64,000 nt of DNA from Clostridia bacterium (GTDB taxonomy: Bacteria > Bacillota > Clostridia > Christensenellales > CAG-138), in assembly GCA_035399665.1 (NCBI GenBank), contig DAOPJM010000003.1:16074-80073 (forward strand), given 5' to 3'. The number at the start of each line of letters is the position of its first letter. The first letter of the stretch is position 1. The notes beneath the pieces are model-generated. The model saw only the letters and a program-made list of their open reading frames with translations. It was not told the DNA's origin and made no database searches. The position numbers were made by a program, and so were the translations under genes. Positions 54,707 through 63,282 of this stretch are shown one piece after another.

Positions 54707-55795
54707 ATGAAGATTACGGGCGTCAGACTTGGACGTATTTCGGTTCCGCTTCGCGTTCCGTTTAAGACCGCACTCAGGAGCGTGGACAGCGTAAACGACA
54801 TTATAGTCGAGATTCACACCGACAGCGGTGCGGTGGGCTTTGGCGAGGCTCCACCCACAGGCGTTATTACGGGCGATACCACAGACGCAATTATCGGTGC
54901 TTTCAACGACCATATTACCAAAGCTCTCATAGGGCGTGACGTGGATGACTTTGAGGACGTCATGACGGCCCTAAACGGCTGCATAGTCCACAACACCAGC
55001 GCGAAAGCCGCCGCTGATATGGCTCTTTGGGACCTCTACGGACAGCTTTACAGTATACCCGTATACAAACTTTTGGGCGGGGCAAGAAAGTCCATAGAGA
55101 CCGACATTACCGTCAGCGTTAACGAGCCTGACGAGATGGCACGCGACGCCATAAACGCCGTAGAGCGCTGCTACACCGTAATCAAGGTCAAGGTCGGCAA
55201 GGACCCCGCAAGGGACGTGGAGCGTTTAGGCGCAATCCGCAGCGTCGTGCCGACAAGCGTAAAGCTGCGTATTGACGCTAATCAAGGCTGGACGCCAAAG
55301 CAGGCGGTTCGCATACTCAATGGTATGCAGGAAAAGGGCCTTGATATCGAGTTCGTTGAGCAGCCCGTCAAGGGGTACGACTTCGAAGGGATGAAATACG
55401 TCACCGAACGCTCTTATGTCCCTGTACTCGCGGATGAAAGCGTGTTCTCGCCAAGGGACGCCCTCACCATCATGCAGATGCGCGCCGCCGATATGGTCAA
55501 CATCAAGCTGATGAAGTGCGGCGGTATCTATAACGCGCTCAAGATTGCCTCTGCCGCCGAGGTCTACGGCGTTGAGTGCATGATAGGCTGTATGCTTGAG
55601 GCGAAGGTCAGCGTCAACGCCGCCGTTCACCTTGCCTGCGCGAAGAAGGTTATCACCGCCATTGACTTGGACGGGCCTGTGCTGTGCAGTCAAGACCCCG
55701 TAATAGGCGGAGCGGTATTCAACGAGAAGCTCATCACGGTAAGCGACAAGCCCGGCATGGGTATCACGGGCGTTAACGGGATAAGGTATATATAA
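54707..55795 (+). CDS. dipeptide (L-Ala-D/L-Glu-type) epimerase, enolase superfamily, YkfB-like
   Basis: ATG 54707 follows an AAGGGAG RBS. MLE-subgroup residues are present: IKVKVG (KxK), RIDANQGW (D), VEQP (E), LADES (D) and NIKLMKCGG (K). Confidence 0.8.
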   Translation: MKITGVRLGRISVPLRVPFKTALRSVDSVNDIIVEIHTDSGAVGFGEAPPTGVITGDTTDAIIGAFNDHITKALIGRDVDDFEDVMTALNGCIVHNTSAKAAADMALWDLYGQLYSIPVYKLLGGARKSIETDITVSVNEPDEMARDAINAVERCYTVIKVKVGKDPARDVERLGAIRSVVPTSVKLRIDANQGWTPKQAVRILNGMQEKGLDIEFVEQPVKGYDFEGMKYVTERSYVPVLADESVFSPRDALTIMQMRAADMVNIKLMKCGGIYNALKIASAAEVYGVECMIGCMLEAKVSVNAAVHLACAKKVITAIDLDGPVLCSQDPVIGGAVFNEKLITVSDKPGMGITGVNGIRYI

Positions 55796-55796
55796 T

Positions 55797-56738
55797 ATGA
55801 AGGAGATAGCGGGACAGCTGCAAAGAAGGCTTGAAGCAGGCAAGGCCTCAATGCTCTGCGCCGTAGTCGGCGGCTCGGGCAGCGCACCGCGTACCCGTGA
55901 CGCGTTTATGCTCACGGGCGAAAGCGGCAGGATATGCGGCACGATAGGCGGGGGCATGATGGAGTTCAAAACCTCCGAACACGCCGCTGAACTTCTTTTG
56001 GGTACGCACGGAGAGCTTGCCCACTATGTGTTGACAAACGAGAACGCGGCCGGCTTCGGCATGGTCTGCGGCGGCAGCGTTGACATATTGTACAGCTATA
56101 TAGCCGCCGATGAAAAGAATATCGCGTCCGTGAAGGCTCTCATGGAAGCGCTTGAAACGCACACACCCTGCTTTCTGCTCCTTCCCTATGACGGAAACGG
56201 GATGCGCGTTTCTGACGCGATGTGTCCAACCAAGGCTGACTCGAACTATGTGTACGAGATACGCAACGACAGCATAGTGTATGTATTCGGCGGCGGTCAT
56301 CTCTCCTCTGAGCTTGTTCCTCTGCTTGCTCACCTGAACTTTAGAGTGGTCGTTACCGACGACAGAGCTGAGTATTCGACGAAAGAGCTTTTTCCCGAAG
56401 CGGAGCTGGTTCACACCATGGACTTTGGCGCGCTTGTGGGACGGTTCGACATACGCGAAATGGACTATATCATCGCCGTCACAAGGGGACACATGGGCGA
56501 TTTGGAGGTTGAGCGCTTCGCCCTGTCTACCACCGCTCACTATATTGGCGTTGTTGGCAGCAAAAGTAAAATTGCGGCTGTGAATAAACGCTTGATCGCC
56601 ATGGGCTTTAGTCAAGACGACCTTGCCCGCGTGACAACCCCGATAGGGCTTGCGATAAAGAGCGAAACTCCCGCCGAAATTGCCGTAAGCATAGCCGCTC
56701 AGCTCATACTCGACAGGGCGACTTACAACAAAGCATAG
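55797..56738 (+). CDS. XdhC/CoxI-family accessory protein
   Basis: GSAPRTRDAFML...GTIGGGMME, the Rossmann-like VYVFGGGHLSSELVPLLAHLNFRVVVTDDR, and PIGLAIKSETPAEIAVSIAAQL are present. Confidence 0.85.
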   Translation: MKEIAGQLQRRLEAGKASMLCAVVGGSGSAPRTRDAFMLTGESGRICGTIGGGMMEFKTSEHAAELLLGTHGELAHYVLTNENAAGFGMVCGGSVDILYSYIAADEKNIASVKALMEALETHTPCFLLLPYDGNGMRVSDAMCPTKADSNYVYEIRNDSIVYVFGGGHLSSELVPLLAHLNFRVVVTDDRAEYSTKELFPEAELVHTMDFGALVGRFDIREMDYIIAVTRGHMGDLEVERFALSTTAHYIGVVGSKSKIAAVNKRLIAMGFSQDDLARVTTPIGLAIKSETPAEIAVSIAAQLILDRATYNKA

Positions 56739-56742
56739 AACA

Positions 56743-56777
56743 AAAGCTCCTGCGAGCAGCATCGCAAGAGCTTTTTC
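56743..56777. terminator. bidirectional terminator
   Basis: A 14-bp stem with one mismatch, AAAAGCTCCTGCGA/TCGCAAGAGCTTTT, is followed by T. Confidence 0.65.
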
Positions 56778-56797
56778 ATAGTTGCTAAAAACAGGGT

Positions 56798-58243
56798 CTA
56801 AATCAGGTTATAGCCCACCGCGTTGGCAAGGAGCAGCAGCAGTATTGTGATGATGAATATGGGCAGGAGCAAGCGCAGACTCCAGCGCGCCCACTTGCCG
56901 TAGCTCACGTTCGCAAGCCCTAAGCTTATCAGCAGCACCGCGTTGGTTGGATAGAAAATGTTGGAGAAGCCGTCGCCAAACGCGAACGCAAGGATCGCAA
57001 CCTGCGTGTTGACCCCGCACATCTCGGCAAGCGGCGCGATTATCGGCATAAGCAAAAACGCCTTCGCGGACGCCGAGCCGATGAAAAAGTTCATTACCAT
57101 GACGAGCAGATATATAAGCAGCACTACCACATACTTTGGCGCGTTGGCCGCCTTGCTTGCGAAGAAGTACAGTATTGTGTCCAAAATGCTGCTCTCCTGC
57201 ATGATATAACGAACCGAGCTTGCCATCAGTATCATGAGCAGCGCGGGCAGAAACGAAAGTACGCCCTTGCCGAACGCCTTGGCCATCTTGGAAAAGCTCA
57301 TACCCGATATCAACACCGATGATACTCCCGCCACAAGGAACATGACCGCGATTATCGCCATCAGATAGTCCTGAAGGAACTTCACAAACATGGACAGGAT
57401 TATCATCATGATACCGGTGCCGAGTACTATCGCGAAAGCAAGCACGGCCTTGTCCATACGCTTGTTTGGGGTGAACTCGAAGCGTATCAATTCGCGTCCG
57501 CCCTTTGGGGACTTGTCTGACAGCAGCGACCTTGAGGGGTCTTTCTCTATTTTCTTCGCGTAGCTTGACAAAAACCAGTACAACAGCGGATATATTATGA
57601 CAAAGGTAAGAATTCTAAATGACAGACCTGACATCATTGGAAGTCCCGCAAGCCCCTGTGCTACGCCTACGGAAAACACGTTGCAAACCCCGCTTGAAAA
57701 GCCCAAGCTCGTGGCGAATATGCTCATGCCAAGTCCGATGAGCGCGTCCCAGCCCATGCAGTACGCAAGCGCAACCGCGATTGGCACCAAGGGCACAACC
57801 TCCTCAAACGAGCCGACCATAGCGCCGAGCATCATGAAGAACAGCGATACTATCGCAAGGAGAGCAAATCTCCTGTTCTTGAAGCGGTGTTGAATACGGC
57901 AAAGCATATAGTACATAGCTCCGCTCTCGTCGAGTGCGGTAAACGAGCCGCCTATCACCACAAGCAGAGCGCATATCGCTATGACCGTCCCGCCGCCCTG
58001 TGAGCCTAATACAAGGAAGGGCGACAGTATCCATTTCCAAAATGGTATGCCGCCTTGGGTACTTGTATAGGTGTCGGGGACAATCTTTTCCCTGCCGTCC
58101 TCTATTACCCTCTCGTATTCGCCGGCGGGTAAAATGAAGGTTAGGGCATACGCCGCAATCATGAGACACAGCAGTATGATGAGTGCGCTTACGAAGGATT
58201 TTTTACTGACGTTCATCAGCTTCTTGCCGTCCGTCTTTTCCAT
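56798..58243 (-). CDS. YfcC/DcuC-superfamily transporter
   Basis: 481 aa and polytopic. The N-terminus SKKSFVSALIILLCLMIAAYALTFILPAGEYER is typical of YfcC-type proteins. Confidence 0.75.
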   Translation of the reverse strand: MEKTDGKKLMNVSKKSFVSALIILLCLMIAAYALTFILPAGEYERVIEDGREKIVPDTYTSTQGGIPFWKWILSPFLVLGSQGGGTVIAICALLVVIGGSFTALDESGAMYYMLCRIQHRFKNRRFALLAIVSLFFMMLGAMVGSFEEVVPLVPIAVALAYCMGWDALIGLGMSIFATSLGFSSGVCNVFSVGVAQGLAGLPMMSGLSFRILTFVIIYPLLYWFLSSYAKKIEKDPSRSLLSDKSPKGGRELIRFEFTPNKRMDKAVLAFAIVLGTGIMMIILSMFVKFLQDYLMAIIAVMFLVAGVSSVLISGMSFSKMAKAFGKGVLSFLPALLMILMASSVRYIMQESSILDTILYFFASKAANAPKYVVVLLIYLLVMVMNFFIGSASAKAFLLMPIIAPLAEMCGVNTQVAILAFAFGDGFSNIFYPTNAVLLISLGLANVSYGKWARWSLRLLLPIFIITILLLLLANAVGYNLI

Positions 58244-58287
58244 GTTCCTCTCCTTATCGCGGCCCCCCGCCGATATTCTATACGAGG

Positions 58288-58316
58288 ATTATACATTTTA
58301 TTGCATCCTCTGTCAA
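58288..58316 (-). promoter_or_regulatory. promoter of the YfcC-like gene
   Basis: Minus strand reads TTGACA (58311-58316), a 17-nt spacer, then TATAAT (58288-58293). Confidence 0.6.
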
Positions 58317-58362
58317 TGATTGCAAAGAAGGTGTGGAGATAATGTGAGGGGCTAAAATAATC

Positions 58363-58391
58363 TTGATATCCAAGCTTAAACGTGTTAAGAT
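58363..58391 (+). promoter_or_regulatory. promoter of the Gly-rich protein/pspA pair
   Basis: TTGATA (58363-58368), a 17-nt spacer, then TAAGAT (58386-58391). Confidence 0.5.
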
Positions 58392-58421
58392 AAATAAAAT
58401 CAAAGTGTAAGGATTATTGAA

Positions 58422-59504
58422 TTGATGTTTAGACAACGGTTTCTGCTCGCAAGGGGCGGCGGTGGCGGCGGCTCGCGTGGCGGCGGCGGCTTCTCGGGCG
58501 GCGGCTCGCGTGGCGGCGGAAGCTTTTCGGGCGGTTCACGCGGTTTCTCCGGCGGCTCAAGGGGCGGAAGCTTTTCGGGCGGCTCAAGAGGCGGCTACTC
58601 CGGCGGCGGCTATTACGGCGGCGGTTCGTACAGAGGCGCTCCCCCTCCCCCTGTGGGTCGCGGGCCCGGCGGCGGCTTTGGCCGAAGGGGTGGCGGCTGT
58701 ATGCCCATCTTCTCGGGCTTTGGTTGTCTTGCCCTGATTATCGTAATCTTTTTAGTCATGATCGTTTTGATGTTCGTTCCCGTGTCCTGCGCCTCGTGCT
58801 ATACGAGCGTCGGCTCCGATGATAATGCGACGGCTTCGACTGTCGAACGCGAAAAGCTGACCGGAGTCGCTGTCAACAACACGGGTTACTACACCGACGA
58901 AACGGGTATGATAACCTCGCCCTCCGAACTAAAGGAAGGCATGGCGGACTTCTATTCCGCCACGGGAGTTGTGGGCTATGTCTACATCGTCGATGAGAAC
59001 GGCTATGGCGGCAATCTTGAGGACTTCACGCAAGACCTGTACGATGAGCTGTTCACCGATGAAGCTCACTTCCTCTTGGTATTCGTACCATACTTCGCAA
59101 GCGGCAGCGTTGACGATATCGACAGCTACACCTGTCAGTACGTCTACGGCTCGTCGGCGCGTCTCGTGATGGATGACGAGGCGATAGGGATACTCGCAGA
59201 TTACATACAGTACACCTTCGACGAGTATGACACCTACTCCAATTCTGAGTTCATCGGCGCGGCCTTCTCGCTCACAGGCGAACGCATTATGCAGGTCACG
59301 GGCGAGAGTAATCAAAAGCTCGGCCGTGTGATTCTTATCGTCCTGTTGGTCATCGTGCTTATCGTAATCCTGTTCTTCTGGTGGAGAAAGCACAAGGAGC
59401 AGAAGAACAAGGAAGCCGAGCAGAAGCAGAAGATACTCGAAACTCCGCTTGAAACCTTCTCGGACAGCGACGCAGAGGAGAGAGCGAAGAAGTACACCGA
59501 CTGA
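58422..59504 (+). CDS. two-TM membrane protein with a Gly/Arg/Ser-rich N-terminus and a TPM-like external domain
   Basis: The N-terminal 90 aa or so are G/S/R/F/Y-only repeats. TM1 reads CLALIIVIFLVMIVLMFV. An external domain of about 180 aa and TM2 follow, then a K/E-rich tail. Confidence 0.7.
   Translation: MMFRQRFLLARGGGGGGSRGGGGFSGGGSRGGGSFSGGSRGFSGGSRGGSFSGGSRGGYSGGGYYGGGSYRGAPPPPVGRGPGGGFGRRGGGCMPIFSGFGCLALIIVIFLVMIVLMFVPVSCASCYTSVGSDDNATASTVEREKLTGVAVNNTGYYTDETGMITSPSELKEGMADFYSATGVVGYVYIVDENGYGGNLEDFTQDLYDELFTDEAHFLLVFVPYFASGSVDDIDSYTCQYVYGSSARLVMDDEAIGILADYIQYTFDEYDTYSNSEFIGAAFSLTGERIMQVTGESNQKLGRVILIVLLVIVLIVILFFWWRKHKEQKNKEAEQKQKILETPLETFSDSDAEERAKKYTD
58455..58700 (+). repeat. 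low-complexity coding repeat (GGSRGG / FSGGSRGG units)
   Basis: Iterations of GGCGGCGGC...TCGCGTGGCGGCGG encode GGGGGGSRGGGGFSGGGSRGGGSFSGGSRGFSGGSRGGSFSGGSRGGYSGGGYYGGGSY. Confidence 0.85.
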
Positions 59505-59571
59505 TATAGGGAATTGGTTCAAAAAGCCACGATTATACAAAGACCGTAAATCAAGAAAGGAAAACAAAACT

Positions 59572-60252
59572 ATGGCAAGCATTTTAGCAAGATTCAGCGA
59601 AATCATCAAGTCCAACATCAACGCGATGCTCGACAAAATTGAGGATCCTTCAAAGATGGTGGATCAGTACTTGACCGACCTAACCGAGGATTTGGCGGAG
59701 GTTCGCAAAGAAACCGCCGGAATCATCGCGGAGGAGACCAGAACCCGCCGCATGGTTGACGACAATGCGGCTGACGTCGCCCGTTACAACGACCTTGCGA
59801 AGCGTGCATTGAGGGCGGGCAACGAGTCCGACGCCCGCGTGTTTATCGCTAAGAAGCAGGAGCTTGAGGCCGTCGGCGCAAGCCTGAACACCGCCTATGT
59901 CGCGGCTCATGAAAATGCCGAAAAGATGCGCCAGATGCATGACAAGCTGACCCGCGATATTCAGTCCCTGCAAACTCGCAAGTCGGCTATCAAGGCAAAG
60001 GTCGCCGTCGCCAAGACCCAGACCAAGATCAACAACATGACCTCCTCCATGGGCAGCGCACAGGGCAACATCGACGCCTTTGACCGCATGGAAGCTCGCG
60101 CCGATCAGATGCTTGATACCGCTAACGCCATGACCGAGCTGAACAGCAAGCCCATCGACGAGGCACGCGCCCTTGAAGAGAAGTACTCCTCTGCCGATAC
60201 AAGCTCCGTTGACGACGAGCTGAAGGCTCTCAAGGCCGAGCTTGGTGTATAA
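59572..60252 (+). CDS. pspA: PspA/IM30-family protein
   Basis: MASILARFSEIIKSNINAMLDKIEDPSKMVDQYLTDL is followed by a long coiled coil. The internal Met was chosen over the track start, which overlaps the upstream gene. Confidence 0.88.
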   Translation: MASILARFSEIIKSNINAMLDKIEDPSKMVDQYLTDLTEDLAEVRKETAGIIAEETRTRRMVDDNAADVARYNDLAKRALRAGNESDARVFIAKKQELEAVGASLNTAYVAAHENAEKMRQMHDKLTRDIQSLQTRKSAIKAKVAVAKTQTKINNMTSSMGSAQGNIDAFDRMEARADQMLDTANAMTELNSKPIDEARALEEKYSSADTSSVDDELKALKAELGV

Positions 60253-60293
60253 CTGCTGTTGGGCATTGGTGAAGTAAAAAGTGCAACAAAAAA

Positions 60294-60330
60294 CTGCCTC
60301 GCTCTTTCAATTGAGCGGGGCAGTGTTTTT
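60294..60330. terminator. bidirectional terminator (pspA / rpsU)
   Basis: An 11-bp stem CTGCCTCGCTC/GAGCGGGGCAG is flanked by A6 and T5. Confidence 0.7.
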
Positions 60331-60343
60331 GCAAAAATAGCGA

Positions 60344-60514
60344 TTAATACTTGCGCTTTCTTGCGGCTTCAGCCTTCTTCTTGCGCTTTACGCTGGGCTT
60401 CTCGTAATGCTCGTGCTTGCGCGCATCAGCCAAGACGCCACTGCGGGCGCATTTGCGCTTCCACCTTTTGAGTGCGCTTTCAAGGGATTCGTTTTCGCCG
60501 ACCCGGATTTCCAT
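60344..60514 (-). CDS. rpsU: 30S ribosomal protein S21
   Basis: Sequence is [56 protein letters not shown]. The RBS is GAGGGGAGGG. Confidence 0.92.
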   Translation of the reverse strand: MEIRVGENESLESALKRWKRKCARSGVLADARKHEHYEKPSVKRKKKAEAARKRKY

Positions 60515-60568
60515 GTTTTTCCCTCCCCTCTTTAGCAAAACATGCAGTAATTAACTGCGCCAATGCGT

Positions 60569-60597
60569 ATTATACGCACTTTTTAGCGACAAGTCAA
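60569..60597 (-). promoter_or_regulatory. rpsU promoter
   Basis: Minus strand reads TTGACT (60592-60597), a 17-nt spacer, then TATAAT (60569-60574). Confidence 0.6.
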
Positions 60598-60624
60598 CTC
60601 TTTTTTCCACATATTAAGAAATTT

Positions 60625-60653
60625 TTGACAAAGAAAGAAACTTGCTGTATACT
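60625..60653 (+). promoter_or_regulatory. tdk promoter
   Basis: TTGACA (60625-60630), a 17-nt spacer, then TATACT (60648-60653). Confidence 0.6.
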
Positions 60654-60674
60654 CAAAAGAAAACGGAGGAACTT

Positions 60675-61244
60675 ATGGCAAAGCTTTATTTCCGTTACGG
60701 GGCCATGGGCTCAAGCAAGACTGCCAATGCAATCATGGTCAAGTACAACTACTGGGAACGCGGCAAAAGCGCTCTGCTTGTCAAGCCTTCAACCGATGTA
60801 CGGGATGGTCGCTATACCATTAAATCGCGCTGCGGTCTCACCGATGAGTGCATACTCATGGATGAGCTTGACCTTGACGCCGTCAAAGCTCACGTCTACG
60901 ACTGTATCATTATTGACGAGGCTCAGTTCCTCTCCAAGGCTCAGGTTGAAACCATCTGTGAGATCGTGGATTGCTATGACGTTCCAGTAATCTGCTACGG
61001 ACTGAAAACCGACTTTCAGGGCAATTTCTTTGAGGGCAGTCATTGGCTCTTAGCCCGCGCCGACACCATTGAGGAGGTCAAAACCATATGCTGGTGCGGC
61101 AGAAAAGCCACCTGCAACGCCCGCTTCGACGAGAATGGCAACATCACCAAGGAGGGCGAGCAGGTTGTCCTGGGCGCGAATGACCGCTATATCGGTCTGT
61201 GCCGCAAGCACTGGCGCGAAGGCAATCCCGGTCCGCGCATATAA
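60675..61244 (+). CDS. tdk: thymidine kinase
   Basis: GGAGGA RBS. The P-loop is GAMGSSKT, and IIDEAQF and the C-terminal Zn motif CWCGRKATCNARF...GLCRKHW are present. Confidence 0.92.
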   Translation: MAKLYFRYGAMGSSKTANAIMVKYNYWERGKSALLVKPSTDVRDGRYTIKSRCGLTDECILMDELDLDAVKAHVYDCIIIDEAQFLSKAQVETICEIVDCYDVPVICYGLKTDFQGNFFEGSHWLLARADTIEEVKTICWCGRKATCNARFDENGNITKEGEQVVLGANDRYIGLCRKHWREGNPGPRI

Positions 61245-61352
61245 GCCCCGTCCGTCAACCCCATCATTTCCGTATACTATTTGCAACAACAGCGCTTTAT
61301 TTACAAAGCGGCGTGAGCTTTATGGTTCATGCCGTTTCTTTTGCATATTTGG

Positions 61353-63260
61353 TTATGACATACTCCAGTTATTATAGCCGTAGGGTCTGATCCAGCCCTC
61401 ACTTTTAAGATAGGCGGCAAATACTCGGCAGCCTGCGTAGTAGTCCGGAATCAGCCCGTCAAATTCCGGCAGAGTGAAGCTCTCGACTATGCGATCCTCC
61501 ATGGTCATGTAGCTTTCATCGATGTACGGCAGGAACAGACTTCCCGCCTCGCCCTTTTCCGCTACAAATACGGCTATAAGCTCATCATTTGCGACGTCAA
61601 GCCCCCAAAAGCTCGTGAGTGAAAGTACTCTAAAGCCCTCCTCCTCGCGTGTGTCAAGGGTATAGTTCAAGCCGTACAACGAATACGGCAGCTCATCCTT
61701 CGCCAAGGACGCAGCATAGTCGTCAAGCCATGCTGTAATCTCGCGTCCGCGCATGATGATAAGTGAGAAGCTTGGGCTATCGTCGGTCATGCAGCAAAGA
61801 TCTCCGACATTAAGCTCTCCCTCAAGCACACCCTCCCGCTTTATGCTCATGTACGGGTATGCCACGGAAGCAATAATGTCGGGCAAATCGGCGTTCTCGC
61901 TCTCAGCCCAGCTTGAAGCCGCCCATATCTGCGCCTGGTGAATAAGCTCCATCCACGCGCTCTGTTCGTGGTAGCCGCTCACGGGGCTTACAGGCTCGGA
62001 AATATAGCCCACAGGCACGGAGGACACTACGTTGGCGATGTTGTAAATCCTAAGTATCTGTGCCTGGAGTGTGCCGAGCGGCTTATAGTCCGCCACGGCT
62101 TTTGATGATACAATCACCTGAAGTTGCCCTGAGTAGGTGTTGAAGCTGACGTTCATAACGCCGACGGTCGAAGCGTCCTTGGGAAGTCCCACAACGGGTA
62201 TCTTTCTGCCCTCGGCGTTGACAGCGCTGCTTATATCCTCCGTCTTGGAGCAAAGCACAAGGTCTATGCTGCTGCACGACCTGACCAACGCCGAAACGCT
62301 GTCCTTTTCGCCCTCCTCCCCCGTCGTCTCGTTCTGTGGCTCCGCCGCCACAACCGCGATTATCATATCGCAGCTTGCGGTAAGGGTCTTTTCATAATAA
62401 GAGTATATCTCGGACATGGACAAAGGCTCTATGCCGTTGACGCCGCCAAAACCCAGTCCTTCCACGTCCAAAGACTCTGTAAGCAGCGCGATGACTCCGA
62501 CTGTCAATACCTCGCCGCAGCTGTTGGTATACTCCCTGATGATATAAGGCGAAGCACCGTTCCACACCGCCATGTCGGGATCTGCGGTCGTCGGGTCGTT
62601 CTTGAGATAATTGGCCATCAACACGGGCGTCCCGGCGGTTCTCATGGCGTCAATATCCGTCCTAAGCGGCAGCCTGCCGTAATTGAAGTCCGTATCCGAG
62701 AGAGCGACGGCGTCATAGCCCATTGCTGTGAATATGCTTGCCATCAGTCCTGTTCCCTTGCCGTTTGCGACTGCGGCGTAGGTAAGCGAAAGATCGCTGC
62801 CATATAGCGACGCTCCCCCGTCAAGGAGCATGAAATTCCTGTTCTCCTCCCTAAGCTCCTCTATGCAGCTCGCGGCAGAAAGCAGCTGATTGCTCACATT
62901 GGCTTTCGTGAAAAGCTCACTCACCCATCCCTGCCCGCCAAGATTCGCGGTCACGGCAAGCGTGAATTTTACCTCGCAAGCCGACATGTCGCTTGTCTCA
63001 CCCGTTATAAGCCTCAACAGTAAAGCTGCGTCGGAAGCGGTAACAAGCGTGTCTCCGTCTACGTCGGCGCGTGCCTTTTGTGTATCGTTCAGAGTTATCT
63101 TGTGGGAGACATGTTTTATTATCAGTGCGGCGTCGCCCGCGTCAATTACCCCATTTCCGTTAAGATCGCCTCTGTCGGTCGCCGCGTATGCAAAACTGCC
63201 CGCGCCAAGCACGAGCAGAATTAAGATATATGAAATTATTCTCTTTGCGGCCGACTTCAT
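61353..63260 (-). CDS. secreted dockerin-containing protein with a degenerate metallophosphatase/5'-nucleotidase-like domain
   Basis: Start at M13 behind AAAGGAAAG. A signal peptide is present. The dockerin-type duplicated Ca-loops read DLNGNGVIDAGDAALI and DVDGDTLVTASDAALL. 5'-NT-like blocks follow with the metal ligands replaced. Confidence 0.7.
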   Translation of the reverse strand: MKSAAKRIISYILILLVLGAGSFAYAATDRGDLNGNGVIDAGDAALIIKHVSHKITLNDTQKARADVDGDTLVTASDAALLLRLITGETSDMSACEVKFTLAVTANLGGQGWVSELFTKANVSNQLLSAASCIEELREENRNFMLLDGGASLYGSDLSLTYAAVANGKGTGLMASIFTAMGYDAVALSDTDFNYGRLPLRTDIDAMRTAGTPVLMANYLKNDPTTADPDMAVWNGASPYIIREYTNSCGEVLTVGVIALLTESLDVEGLGFGGVNGIEPLSMSEIYSYYEKTLTASCDMIIAVVAAEPQNETTGEEGEKDSVSALVRSCSSIDLVLCSKTEDISSAVNAEGRKIPVVGLPKDASTVGVMNVSFNTYSGQLQVIVSSKAVADYKPLGTLQAQILRIYNIANVVSSVPVGYISEPVSPVSGYHEQSAWMELIHQAQIWAASSWAESENADLPDIIASVAYPYMSIKREGVLEGELNVGDLCCMTDDSPSFSLIIMRGREITAWLDDYAASLAKDELPYSLYGLNYTLDTREEEGFRVLSLTSFWGLDVANDELIAVFVAEKGEAGSLFLPYIDESYMTMEDRIVESFTLPEFDGLIPDYYAGCRVFAAYLKSEGWIRPYGYNNWSMS

Positions 63261-63282
63261 CTTTCCTTTACTTGTACCGCAA

